Positions 1 to 8,874 of a stretch of 64,000 bases of DNA are shown here, piece after piece. Source of the stretch: Promethearchaeota archaeon (GTDB lineage Archaea; Asgardarchaeota; Thorarchaeia; Thorarchaeales; Thorarchaeaceae); the NCBI GenBank assembly GCA_014728035.1, contig WJMJ01000108.1, positions 1 through 64,000 on the forward strand. Direction: 5' to 3'. The notes under the pieces were generated by a model that worked only from the letters and a program-made list of their open reading frames with translations, was not told the DNA's origin and searched no databases. The position numbers were made by a program, and so were the translations under genes. Positions within the stretch are counted from its first letter, which is position 1. Each line of letters starts with the position of its first letter.

Positions 1-3
1 GAA

Positions 4-3000
4 TTGAACTCAACTGCCTATTTCATAAATGTTCGATGGGGTCAAAATGCGTCGTGGGATGTCGGATTCTTTGACCGTGATGGAAACGGAAACGAAACCT
101 ATGCGATACCTCTATCAGACATTTACTGGGTAAACTATACAGTTTACATGGGTATTACCCCAGTTGCATTTGGCACATGGAATAGTAGTGCATATGATTG
201 GGTTACAAAGACTTCATCTATCAACTTCACCATGATTGTTGATACTGATTATTGGTTGCTAAATGCGTCTGATACTCCTTATGTCATTAAGGTGTGGGCA
301 CATGCAAATCCTGCAAATTACGAAGATCCAACTGAACTGACAATATACTTAACTGTCGTAAACGCTCAGACTTCCCAGGATGACTTTGACACCTATAGTA
401 TAAATGACTACTACAAAACTCACACTGACCACACATTCTGGTTGAAAGACATTACAAATTCAGAGAATGTAACAGAGCTTTCCACCTATACATGGACCAT
501 TAAGAAAGGTACTACTTTGCTTAGAAGTGGTTCTCTATCCGAAAGTGGTGCTATCTATACCTTATCATCATCTGCCCTCTATGGTTTGAGTGTTGGTTCC
601 TATACACTTACGATTGTCTTGAATAAAGAGAATTACAATGGACAGACGATAACTATCGATTTGGTTATTGATGAAGTACCAATGGATGTAGTTCTTACTG
701 GACCATCTAATTATGAATGGTCTCCAGTTGCAGATTCGTTCACTTTTGAGTACGAAATATACAATGGAACTGATCCTGGTCTAACAGGAATATCAGTGAC
801 TGTATATTGGATTAACAATGTTACTGGACAAGTTTACCTAACCCAGACAGCAACGCTGTCACAGACTGGTGGGGTGTACGAATATGCATTCAATAGAAAC
901 CTTCTTCCAGTTGGCAGTTGGCATATCAATGTCACCTGCAAAAAAGCAAATTATGAGTTTGCGTGGATGACAGATAATTACTTTGTAGTTTCGGTAGCTA
1001 ACACAGACCTCAATGCAGAACCACTAGGAAGTGGCAATGTAATTGTTGACTGGGGTGAATCTCTCTATTTCGACCTTGTATACAACAGAACTGATGGTAC
1101 TGGATTAGCTGGTGCAAGTTACTCTCATAACTGGAATAAGACTGTAACAGTAGAATATCTTGGAAGCGGCACTTACCGATTTCAAGTAAATACTCTTGTT
1201 GAATCTGGTGATTATACCTTGGAGGTAACAATGTCCTTGGCTAATCATGAGTCAGCAGATATTCTATTGAACATAACAGTTCGAATTCCATTATTCATAG
1301 AGACTGAATACGGATCAGCTGAGAGCCCTCTCCAAGCTTACTGGACACACACTTTTGATATCGAGATTATCCTTCTTGACCAGTCTCGTGAGAATGAACC
1401 AGTTGATGGTGCAACTGTAGCATACAACTGGTACATGGAATTTGTTGTTGACCAATCAGGTACTCTTAATCCGGGAGGAAATGGAATTTACAACATAACT
1501 CTCAATGCATTTGATGCAGTTCCAATGGATGATGATCTTTATGCCATCACCATAACTGCAACAAAGGCTGATTCTACAACTGCGATAACAACTATCTTTG
1601 TCAGAATCAATTCTGTACCTAACGAGATCGTACTAGATAGTCAGTACTTCGAGCAGTTTTATGCTGATATTTTCGACGTGACCTTCTATTGGAACAATAC
1701 TCTTGATGGTAGTCCAATCGATAACCCCGACAATCAGCTCTATGAACTCTTGAGTAGTTCCACTGAGATTACCGATTTATCTAATCTGGGTGGTGGCTGG
1801 TACAGTTTCACTGTTGACACAAAGGCTCTGAACATGAATGCTAATGAGCAAGGATCAGTCTATGTTATTCAAATCACATTGGAGAAATCTGGATATTCAG
1901 ACCATGTACTAACAACAGTAATTGTGTTGGTTCAGGAAACTGATGCATCTTTAGTAATTGATCCAATTGGACATGTGAACTGGACTGATGACTTCACAAT
2001 CACAGCATCTCTATATGATGACCTTCATGGCGGATTGATTTGGCTGAATGCAGAAGTCACTATTACTTGGGGTACCTATGCTTGGGATATGACCAATAAT
2101 GGAGATGGAACTTTTGAGCAACAGCTTACCTCTGATGAATGGTTTGCAGCATCTTTGAGTCCATACAACTTGACTTTCACATATACTCTACCAAACTATG
2201 TCGATAGTTTCAACATGACCTCGTTATACATCGATCCTATTGAAGGTGAATGTATCAAGGTGTCACCGAGTCAAGACTCACCGACCTACAAGTGGTCTGA
2301 AACATTTAATCTACAAGTTGAGGTGAATCGGGTCTATCTTGTAACAGAAGCTCTTGAGGATGTTTACGTCTATTACATCTGGAGTGGGTATACAACTCAA
2401 TATCCATTGACTTTCTTACCTAGTCCAAATGACTATGCTGTTACAGTAGACACCTCACAAGTACCTGCTGGGGTCTATAATCTAATTGTTAGAGTGGAGA
2501 ATGAAAACTACACAATCTCGGACCTTGTGATACCTGTCACAATAGCAACTGTGGACACTTCACTTACACCAAACGAAAATGTTTACACTGCAACTTACGG
2601 TGTTACAGGTATTGATGTGATTCTAGAGTTTGAGGTAGACGATCTTCAAGTTTCCTTGTCTGGTGCCTTGTCGGGTGCAAGCATTACAATGATGTATGCA
2701 GGTGAGCCATTCACCGCAACCTACAGGCCTGCAAGTGGAACTTACCTTATGAACTTCAACCCCTCTCTGATGTCACTGGATTATATTCCTGGTGTGTTCA
2801 CCCTGAATATCACAGCAGTGCTACAGAATTATACCTCAATTACTATACATCCAACCTTGGAAATCTATGCTGACACTGCCTTGGTCGGACAAGATAGAGT
2901 TGTTGAAGATGGAACCAGTTTCTTATTGGTTTGGGAGTTCAGAGACACATCATCAGATGTACCAATGACTCCAACTGTAACTGGACTGACCATGACTCTC

Positions 3001-4023
3001 ACAACACCGCAGACGAGCTTCAATCTGGATGCTTTTACGTTTAATGGAACTCATTACTCCATTCGACTAACAACATCTCAGATTGGAATAATCCGGTCTG
3101 CACCATATGAGCTAAGTATCACTGCATCTGCTCCGATGTATCAGAATCAGACCTCTACTGTTCGGGTCACAGTATCTGAACCAACTATTGACATTCTTGG
3201 TACTGGATTCAGAATACCTGTGTCTACCCTTCAGACTATCTTAATTATGACTGGTCTGTTTGTAGTCGTTGGTATTGCAGTGGTTGCTGTTCAGAGATGG
3301 AGAGTTCCATTCCACATAAAACAGATTAACGGAGCAATCAGCGATATTGAGAACGGAAAAACCGCCAGTGTAGAAGGTATATCTACCATGGGCATGGTTG
3401 TATCTGACATTCTCGCTCCTGGTCTAGCTGACTTGGACATCACTGCTCCAGTAATCGACGAATTCATTGAGGAGCCTTACGAGGATCTCCTTACTGATGA
3501 GACCGATGACCTTCTTGGCGAACTCGATGCTCTTGATGACATCAGCACTGAAGGTACTGACTTTGTAGACACTGGACCCTCTATTGAGGATGAATTGACT
3601 GCTGAGTTAGAAGCAATAACTGTCGATGAGGTTGATGCAGATACAGAAGAGATGGTATCTGACGAATCTGATATTTCAGAGGAAGCCGAGTCTGAAGATG
3701 TAGATGCTGAAGTTATTGAAGAGGAACCGGTCGAAGACATAGTCGAGTCTGATTCTTCTGAAGAAGCTTCAACTGAAGCAGAAGACATGGATGCAGAGTT
3801 AGCTGAAGACGAGCCTACTGAAGGCACAGTGGAATCTGAACCTGAATCTGTTGATGAAGATGCAGAAGAAACTGTTGTAGAGGAAGAACTAGTCGAAGAG
3901 GAAGTGTCCAGCGATACTGAGGAATCAGAAGCTGATGATACAACCTCTGAAGATGATGAATCTTCTAGTGAAGACGATGACTCCGAATCGGAGGATTCTG
4001 AAGAGGACGAATCAGAAGAATAA
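4..4023 (+). CDS. Giant membrane-anchored cell-surface glycoprotein (Ig-like beta repeats, C-terminal TM, very acidic cytoplasmic tail); probably 5'-truncated by the window edge
   Basis: Frame is open from base 1. Thr/Tyr-rich beta-strand repeats ending in motifs such as G.Y.(L/I).(I/V)...K..Y. Many N-x-S/T sequons. Hydrophobic helix ILIMTGLFVVVGIAVVAV followed by QRWR, then about 190 aa of Asp/Glu/Ser-rich tail. Confidence 0.8.
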   Translation: MNSTAYFINVRWGQNASWDVGFFDRDGNGNETYAIPLSDIYWVNYTVYMGITPVAFGTWNSSAYDWVTKTSSINFTMIVDTDYWLLNASDTPYVIKVWAHANPANYEDPTELTIYLTVVNAQTSQDDFDTYSINDYYKTHTDHTFWLKDITNSENVTELSTYTWTIKKGTTLLRSGSLSESGAIYTLSSSALYGLSVGSYTLTIVLNKENYNGQTITIDLVIDEVPMDVVLTGPSNYEWSPVADSFTFEYEIYNGTDPGLTGISVTVYWINNVTGQVYLTQTATLSQTGGVYEYAFNRNLLPVGSWHINVTCKKANYEFAWMTDNYFVVSVANTDLNAEPLGSGNVIVDWGESLYFDLVYNRTDGTGLAGASYSHNWNKTVTVEYLGSGTYRFQVNTLVESGDYTLEVTMSLANHESADILLNITVRIPLFIETEYGSAESPLQAYWTHTFDIEIILLDQSRENEPVDGATVAYNWYMEFVVDQSGTLNPGGNGIYNITLNAFDAVPMDDDLYAITITATKADSTTAITTIFVRINSVPNEIVLDSQYFEQFYADIFDVTFYWNNTLDGSPIDNPDNQLYELLSSSTEITDLSNLGGGWYSFTVDTKALNMNANEQGSVYVIQITLEKSGYSDHVLTTVIVLVQETDASLVIDPIGHVNWTDDFTITASLYDDLHGGLIWLNAEVTITWGTYAWDMTNNGDGTFEQQLTSDEWFAASLSPYNLTFTYTLPNYVDSFNMTSLYIDPIEGECIKVSPSQDSPTYKWSETFNLQVEVNRVYLVTEALEDVYVYYIWSGYTTQYPLTFLPSPNDYAVTVDTSQVPAGVYNLIVRVENENYTISDLVIPVTIATVDTSLTPNENVYTATYGVTGIDVILEFEVDDLQVSLSGALSGASITMMYAGEPFTATYRPASGTYLMNFNPSLMSLDYIPGVFTLNITAVLQNYTSITIHPTLEIYADTALVGQDRVVEDGTSFLLVWEFRDTSSDVPMTPTVTGLTMTLTTPQTSFNLDAFTFNGTHYSIRLTTSQIGIIRSAPYELSITASAPMYQNQTSTVRVTVSEPTIDILGTGFRIPVSTLQTILIMTGLFVVVGIAVVAVQRWRVPFHIKQINGAISDIENGKTASVEGISTMGMVVSDILAPGLADLDITAPVIDEFIEEPYEDLLTDETDDLLGELDALDDISTEGTDFVDTGPSIEDELTAELEAITVDEVDADTEEMVSDESDISEEAESEDVDAEVIEEEPVEDIVESDSSEEASTEAEDMDAELAEDEPTEGTVESEPESVDEDAEETVVEEELVEEEVSSDTEESEADDTTSEDDESSSEDDDSESEDSEEDESEE

Positions 4024-4025
4024 AC

Positions 4026-4066
4026 AAGGAATGGTGTGAATGGGTCTGATCCCATTCCCCATTCTT
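4026..4066 (+). terminator. Stem-loop just after the stop of the surface-protein gene
   Basis: GGAATGG..GAATGGG-tctgat-CCCATTC.CCATTCTT. Confidence 0.5.
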
Positions 4067-4253
4067 CTACTATATTGAAAATGAGATTATTAGGATTACA
4101 ATATGGTGATACAGCGATGGTTGAATATAAAGAAATCAAAGACAAACAACATACCCTAAAATTCCAATACCGAGTAGTTCAACTTGGGACCTATATTCCT
4201 ACACCGTCTTGTGTGTCATCAAAAAAGAAAATGGGTGCCGGAGTGACGTTTAG

Positions 4254-5135
4254 ATGATTCGTGAGATTCATATATTTAAAGATGGAGAAACACTCTTTGA
4301 AGATATAATTATTCCAAATGATGACCTTGATTCAAATGCGGTTATGATGCTGGTTTCGTCATCAGCAAAAAAACTCCAGGAATGGAAGATAGATAATCTG
4401 GAGATTGAACGTTACAGGTACATGTATTTGAATAGCCACGACACCCAGTTCATTGTTACTATGGACCGTCAGGCATCAACTCGAAAGGTCCACGAGGCTC
4501 TTATGGGTCTTGTTTCAAAATTCATGGAAGATTATGAAGATTTGCTAGAAAGTGGTGCGTGGAAGTCTACAGACTTCTCATCTTTTGGTACCCACTTTAG
4601 AAAAATTGTTGGCAGAATTCCTGTCAAAGTTTGTCTTGCTGGACATGGTGGTACGGGTAAGACTACTTTGCTTGAACTTGCTACCCTCCCATCACAGGGA
4701 CCCCCTCAGGATTACGTTCCTACATTCTTTGGAGATAAAGCTTTGTTACGGGGGAATTTTGACCCTTATGTGTTCAGTATGTTCGATTTAGGTGGTCAGG
4801 ATCGTTTTGTTCAGGAATGGGGGAAAATTATTCGTTCTGGAAGTATGGTCGTAATAGTTAGTGATTCGACTAAGGACAATATCGCATGGACAAAACGGGT
4901 TGCTTATCCTGTTCTTAAAGCAGAACTCCCATATGCACGAATCATAGCTGTTGCAAACAAACAAGATTTGAAGGGAGCACTTTCACCTGAAGAAGTTACG
5001 AAACGCCTTGGAGTACCTGCTTATGGAATGCAGGCAAATCGTCGGGATTTTAGAGAGCGTTGGTTGGAACTTCTCAGAATGCTAGCATTTGAAGAGATTG
5101 ATTTTAACTTAGTGGGAGATATTGAGGTGGATTAA
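4254..5135 (+). CDS. Longin-domain-fused Arf/Ras-like small GTPase
   Basis: G1 GHGGTGKT, switch I PTFFG, G3 DLGGQ, G4 NKQD. The N-terminal ~120 aa has a longin-type beta-beta-alpha-beta-beta-beta-alpha-alpha pattern ending DFSSFGTHF. Confidence 0.85.
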   Translation: MIREIHIFKDGETLFEDIIIPNDDLDSNAVMMLVSSSAKKLQEWKIDNLEIERYRYMYLNSHDTQFIVTMDRQASTRKVHEALMGLVSKFMEDYEDLLESGAWKSTDFSSFGTHFRKIVGRIPVKVCLAGHGGTGKTTLLELATLPSQGPPQDYVPTFFGDKALLRGNFDPYVFSMFDLGGQDRFVQEWGKIIRSGSMVVIVSDSTKDNIAWTKRVAYPVLKAELPYARIIAVANKQDLKGALSPEEVTKRLGVPAYGMQANRRDFRERWLELLRMLAFEEIDFNLVGDIEVD

Positions 5136-5696
5136 ATGGTCGATATGAGTGACATTACAAAGAGCGTCATTAGCGAAGAAGAACGTACTCGTTTAATGAA
5201 TGAAATTGACCGTATCAAAAAACAACTTGACAGTTTCAAATATGGTTTGGAGTTCGAAAAATTCGCTGAAGAGATATTCAAAACCATTAATCGACAAACA
5301 GTAGCCATCAAAAAACTTCAAGAAACGATGGATACTATTACTACCCGACTCGAATCTCTTGAGAAGAGGTTCAATGAAGGAATTAAGGTTCATGTTGCAG
5401 GAATGGACGAATCGGAAATTGGTGAGTCTCAGATTATACTTGAAGACTCTTCTGATAATGAGTCCACAACTGAAACTGATACATCAGCGGCAGAATCGAA
5501 AGAAGAACTTGAGAAAATTGCAGCTGAAATTAGACTAAAAATTGCAAGACTATTTGAGAAGGAATCCGAGTTTGAAGAGATGGCCATGACTGATCCTGCT
5601 AGTGCTGAAGAGTACTACGAAAAAGCAGAGGTCGCGGGTCAAATGCGAGAGAAGTTGGAAAGCCGGCTCAAAGAAGTAGAAGGACTTATGAAATAG
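5136..5696 (+). CDS. Coiled-coil protein with a C-terminal helical hairpin (hypothetical)
   Basis: ATG directly abuts the GTPase TAA. Two heptad-rich segments are separated by an acidic Ser/Thr linker. Confidence 0.75.
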   Translation: MVDMSDITKSVISEEERTRLMNEIDRIKKQLDSFKYGLEFEKFAEEIFKTINRQTVAIKKLQETMDTITTRLESLEKRFNEGIKVHVAGMDESEIGESQIILEDSSDNESTTETDTSAAESKEELEKIAAEIRLKIARLFEKESEFEEMAMTDPASAEEYYEKAEVAGQMREKLESRLKEVEGLMK

Positions 5697-5708
5697 AGGT
5701 GGAGATCC

Positions 5709-6077
5709 ATGGGATTATTTGATCGATGGAGACGAAAAGAAAAGAAAAAGACAAAGACCGTTGTTAAAGGTCGCGAAATAATGAGAGTTGAGGCTCCAGA
5801 ACGTAAGCCTAAGACTGAAGAAGTTGAGAAGACTCCTGAATCTAAGGAGAAGATTGCAAAACTAATTGCTGAATATCAGCGTTTAGTTGAGAGGCGTGAA
5901 GAGCTTCAAAGAGAACGAAGTGAACTTACCCGTCGTCTAGATAGCGGAGAGTTAACAGCAATCCAATTCAGAAAAGAACTGATGAATCGGATTCAGGAAG
6001 CCGCCAGAATTACTGACGGCATACGTGAAACATCTACAGCACTCATTGAATTGGGACATCCTGGAGTAGCAGTATGA
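5709..6077 (+). CDS. Small coiled-coil protein with a basic amphipathic N-terminus and a C-terminal hairpin (LDSGELTAIQFRKEL)
   Basis: GAGGTGGAG RBS upstream; N-terminus MGLFDRWRRKEKKK; heptad repeats. Confidence 0.75.
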   Translation: MGLFDRWRRKEKKKTKTVVKGREIMRVEAPERKPKTEEVEKTPESKEKIAKLIAEYQRLVERREELQRERSELTRRLDSGELTAIQFRKELMNRIQEAARITDGIRETSTALIELGHPGVAV

Positions 6078-6088
6078 GGTGCTGTTAA

Positions 6089-7555
6089 TTGCCTGAAGAA
6101 AATGGGGATTCCGATTTAGGAGAAGTTCCTGATTTAGAAGCCGAAACCAAACGTCTTATGGAAGCAGCTATGGCGAGGAGTCTCGGTGACTCGAAAGAGG
6201 AGAGCCCTTTTCCTGAATCTGCAGAAATAGATGTTCCTGAAGAAGAGGCCACTCTAAAAGAGGATATATCTCCCAGTCCTTCAACTCGGGAAGAAGAAGC
6301 ATCAGTAATTGATGAAACCTTTCAACGAATTGAATTTCGAGTTGTTGATTTATTTGCATCTATTGAAGACAGTGTCAAAGCTACTGGACCCTATGTTCAA
6401 GAGCAAGCTGATGCAATAATGCAATCCCTGAAAAAGAAATTCCAAGCTATGGGCCTTGGAGTATTTGCAACAAAGGCAATAAAAACAGTCAAAGACGAAC
6501 TGGATTCTGGGCTGGACCCGGAGCAGTTACACTCACCAATATATACTGCTATCCATGAGAGTCAAGAAGCTGCAAAAGATATTTTGGAGAAAGCTTCTCG
6601 AGGGGCAATTAGAAATGTAGGCCGGTCAACAAGCTCACTTCAAGGTAAAATAATACAAATGTATTCTCGACTTAATGAGGTTGATATTCAGCTTGAGCAA
6701 GAACGAGTTTCAGCACGACGATGGCGAGCGAAAGCTAGAGAAATGGAAGAACGCCTTCGAATGAAAGATGAAACTATTGTAGAACTTGAACAAGATATGG
6801 AACGTCTTCGTGAGCTCTACAGTGATATGTCTTCACAACTTGATGAACGGGGCCAAGAAATCTCAGTTCTGAAAGGGTCGTTACGAGAGGCAGAAACCGA
6901 ATTGAAACAGCAAAAAGAACTGATCAGTTCTCTTGAAGATGCTAAAGATTTGACAGATGATTATGAGGCAAAAATGAAAGAGGTGGCAAGCCTTTCCGGT
7001 ACAATATCTGAGCTTGAGGATCGCATTGCACAAAAAGATGAAACCATTGAATCTTATCAGCAACAGATTGTAGGTTTGAATGAGAAGATTGGCGAGCTCG
7101 AGTGGAAGATTATTTCCATGAGCGATGAGCTTTCTACCAAACGTGGTCTGGACGATTCTCACGAAGCTGAGATAATAGCTCTCAATGAGCAAATTGAAGA
7201 GCTTAAAGCACGATGGGATATGCTTTATCAAGTGTCAGAGGACGAACCAGCATTCAAAGCCTATTTCCTCATTGCTGACAAGGAGTACTCTTGGCTACCA
7301 TTACAACATATCTCTCAGGCATTAGGAGTTCCTACAGTCCTTTTGAGACGTAACCTCCAAAAATTCGTTGATATTGGCCTAGTTGAGATTGAAGATGATA
7401 AGATTCGTCCGAAAAGCATCAAAGAGGTTATCAAAACAGAACCTCTGGGAGATGAAGAATCCTCTCTTGAAGATACTGAATCTGATGAAAACCCTGAACA
7501 ACTTGATGCATCTGAAGACTCCGATGAAGAGTTAGAAGATCCAAAACCCGAATGA
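6089..7555 (+). CDS. Long coiled-coil protein with a C-terminal winged-helix domain
   Basis: GAGGTG RBS and TTG start. Acidic disordered ends, ~190 aa coiled coil, wHTH-like LQHISQALGVPTVLLRRNLQKFVDIGLVEIED. Confidence 0.75.
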   Translation: MPEENGDSDLGEVPDLEAETKRLMEAAMARSLGDSKEESPFPESAEIDVPEEEATLKEDISPSPSTREEEASVIDETFQRIEFRVVDLFASIEDSVKATGPYVQEQADAIMQSLKKKFQAMGLGVFATKAIKTVKDELDSGLDPEQLHSPIYTAIHESQEAAKDILEKASRGAIRNVGRSTSSLQGKIIQMYSRLNEVDIQLEQERVSARRWRAKAREMEERLRMKDETIVELEQDMERLRELYSDMSSQLDERGQEISVLKGSLREAETELKQQKELISSLEDAKDLTDDYEAKMKEVASLSGTISELEDRIAQKDETIESYQQQIVGLNEKIGELEWKIISMSDELSTKRGLDDSHEAEIIALNEQIEELKARWDMLYQVSEDEPAFKAYFLIADKEYSWLPLQHISQALGVPTVLLRRNLQKFVDIGLVEIEDDKIRPKSIKEVIKTEPLGDEESSLEDTESDENPEQLDASEDSDEELEDPKPE

Positions 7556-7567
7556 GGAACGTATACT

Positions 7568-7909
7568 ATGACTCGCTCAATGTCAGAAGTAATGAGATTT
7601 CTAGAGAACTATACCTTAGCTTGGCATCATTGGTTGCTTATCCTTTCTCTTTTGAAGCTTAAAGGATCTGGATCTAAGGGACAAATCTTTCCTGTTTTTA
7701 AGAAGGAAGGATTCTCACCTCACGCAATCGAAGGGATATTCAAACGAGATCTAATTGAACTTGGTGAAGCTATAGAGGTTGAAGGTGATATTGATGAAAT
7801 CAAAGACTCCACCATGATTTATCTATCCGAAGATCCAAAATTCAGGAAGTTCATTAAGAAGCATTTGAAATCAGTAGTACGCACTCTCAAGACAAGGACT
7901 CCCACATGA
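7568..7909 (+). CDS. Small winged-helix-like protein
   Basis: GAGGA RBS. Helix-helix-helix-wing pattern (IFKRDLIELGEAIEVEG...IYL). Last gene of the operon. Confidence 0.65.
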   Translation: MTRSMSEVMRFLENYTLAWHHWLLILSLLKLKGSGSKGQIFPVFKKEGFSPHAIEGIFKRDLIELGEAIEVEGDIDEIKDSTMIYLSEDPKFRKFIKKHLKSVVRTLKTRTPT

Positions 7910-7958
7910 GTCCAAGTCTTCTTTCTCTCACAATATTTTTCAATACGTTTTCTCTACA

Positions 7959-8294
7959 ATGAGTGGGGATTTCATGAAAGAATCAGCTTCCCGTTGTTCC
8001 GAATGTGACAGAACGGTTTATCCTCCTCGAGCATTCTGTCCCTATTGTGGCCCTGCTATTGATGCGGTTTATGAGGTTGAATTGGGTTCTGAAGGTGTTA
8101 TTCTTAGCTACACTGTTTCCCAAATGCCTCCCGACGGTTTTGAACCCCCTCTTGTTCTTTCGCTGGTAGAAACCTCTAGTGGTGCATCTATCCTTTGTCA
8201 TGGTGAGGAAAGTGTAATTGATTCTCTTGAAATAGGGCTCTCTGTTCGTATCCATAAGGGTGAAGATGGACTATTTCATTTCACTCTAAAATAA
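7959..8294 (+). CDS. Zn-ribbon/OB-fold protein (DUF35 family)
   Basis: CSEC..YPPRAFCPYC rubredoxin-like ribbon followed by the G.ILSYT OB fold. Confidence 0.85.
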   Translation: MSGDFMKESASRCSECDRTVYPPRAFCPYCGPAIDAVYEVELGSEGVILSYTVSQMPPDGFEPPLVLSLVETSSGASILCHGEESVIDSLEIGLSVRIHKGEDGLFHFTLK

Positions 8295-8370
8295 GATGGT
8301 GTTGGGAGTGCCCATATTTTGATGGACACACCCTTTGCACAATTCAACTAGGGACCGAAGTTAATCTCCA

Positions 8371-8408
8371 GTATCACGTAATAGTATTACATAATACAAA
8401 TATTAACT
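8371..8408 (+). promoter_or_regulatory. 27-bp imperfect palindrome (candidate operator) abutting a TATA-like box upstream of the RHH gene
   Basis: GTATcAcGTAATA-G-TATTACaTaATAC (8371-8397) followed by AAATATTAAC. Confidence 0.5.
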
Positions 8409-8469
8409 CTTTGGTTGCATACATAAACCTTAGATGTGTATTATTGTAAGAGAGTATGAGCTGATTTTC

Positions 8470-8814
8470 ATGGCTGAAGAAGAGCAAGTTACGGACTCAG
8501 AAAGTTCGGGAATAACTTGGATGGAGGAACTAAGGTCTCGTTTCTCATCAGATGGGTTTGGATTGAGAAAACGAGAGATATCTGTGATGACCCGAATGAG
8601 TTCTGACATAGTGGAGATTCTGGATGCACTAGTAGAGCTCGAGATATTCAAGAGTCGGTCTGAAGCTGTGGCAGCATTTGTTGAAAAGGCAATAGCTGGG
8701 CGCAGACAACTTTTTGAAGAGATTCGAAATCAAGCAGAAGAGATTGTATTGAAACGAGAGGCTGCGAAGAAGCTAGCTTTCGAAGCAATGCGAGAAGATA
8801 TGAAAGAGTCTTGA
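8470..8814 (+). CDS. Ribbon-helix-helix (CopG/MetJ-like) transcription regulator
   Basis: SVMTRMSSDIVEILDALVELEIFKSRSEAVAAFVEKAI matches the RHH pattern. Likely start is MAEEE at 8470 (the ORF track starts at 8434). Confidence 0.75.
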   Translation: MAEEEQVTDSESSGITWMEELRSRFSSDGFGLRKREISVMTRMSSDIVEILDALVELEIFKSRSEAVAAFVEKAIAGRRQLFEEIRNQAEEIVLKREAAKKLAFEAMREDMKES

Positions 8815-8874
8815 ATTTTCACACTCAGTTACTAATTTAAGGGTTCTATTCAGTGAACAAGACTGGTTATCAGC

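Noticed and set aside
3477-4145. 222-aa Ser-rich minus-strand ORF
   Set aside because: Antisense shadow of the GAA/GAT-rich acidic tail of the surface protein.
6089-7555. SMC/Rad50 or ESCRT-III assignment for the coiled-coil proteins
   Set aside because: No Walker A/B or hinge motifs; length and charge layout do not fit Snf7/Vps2 domains.
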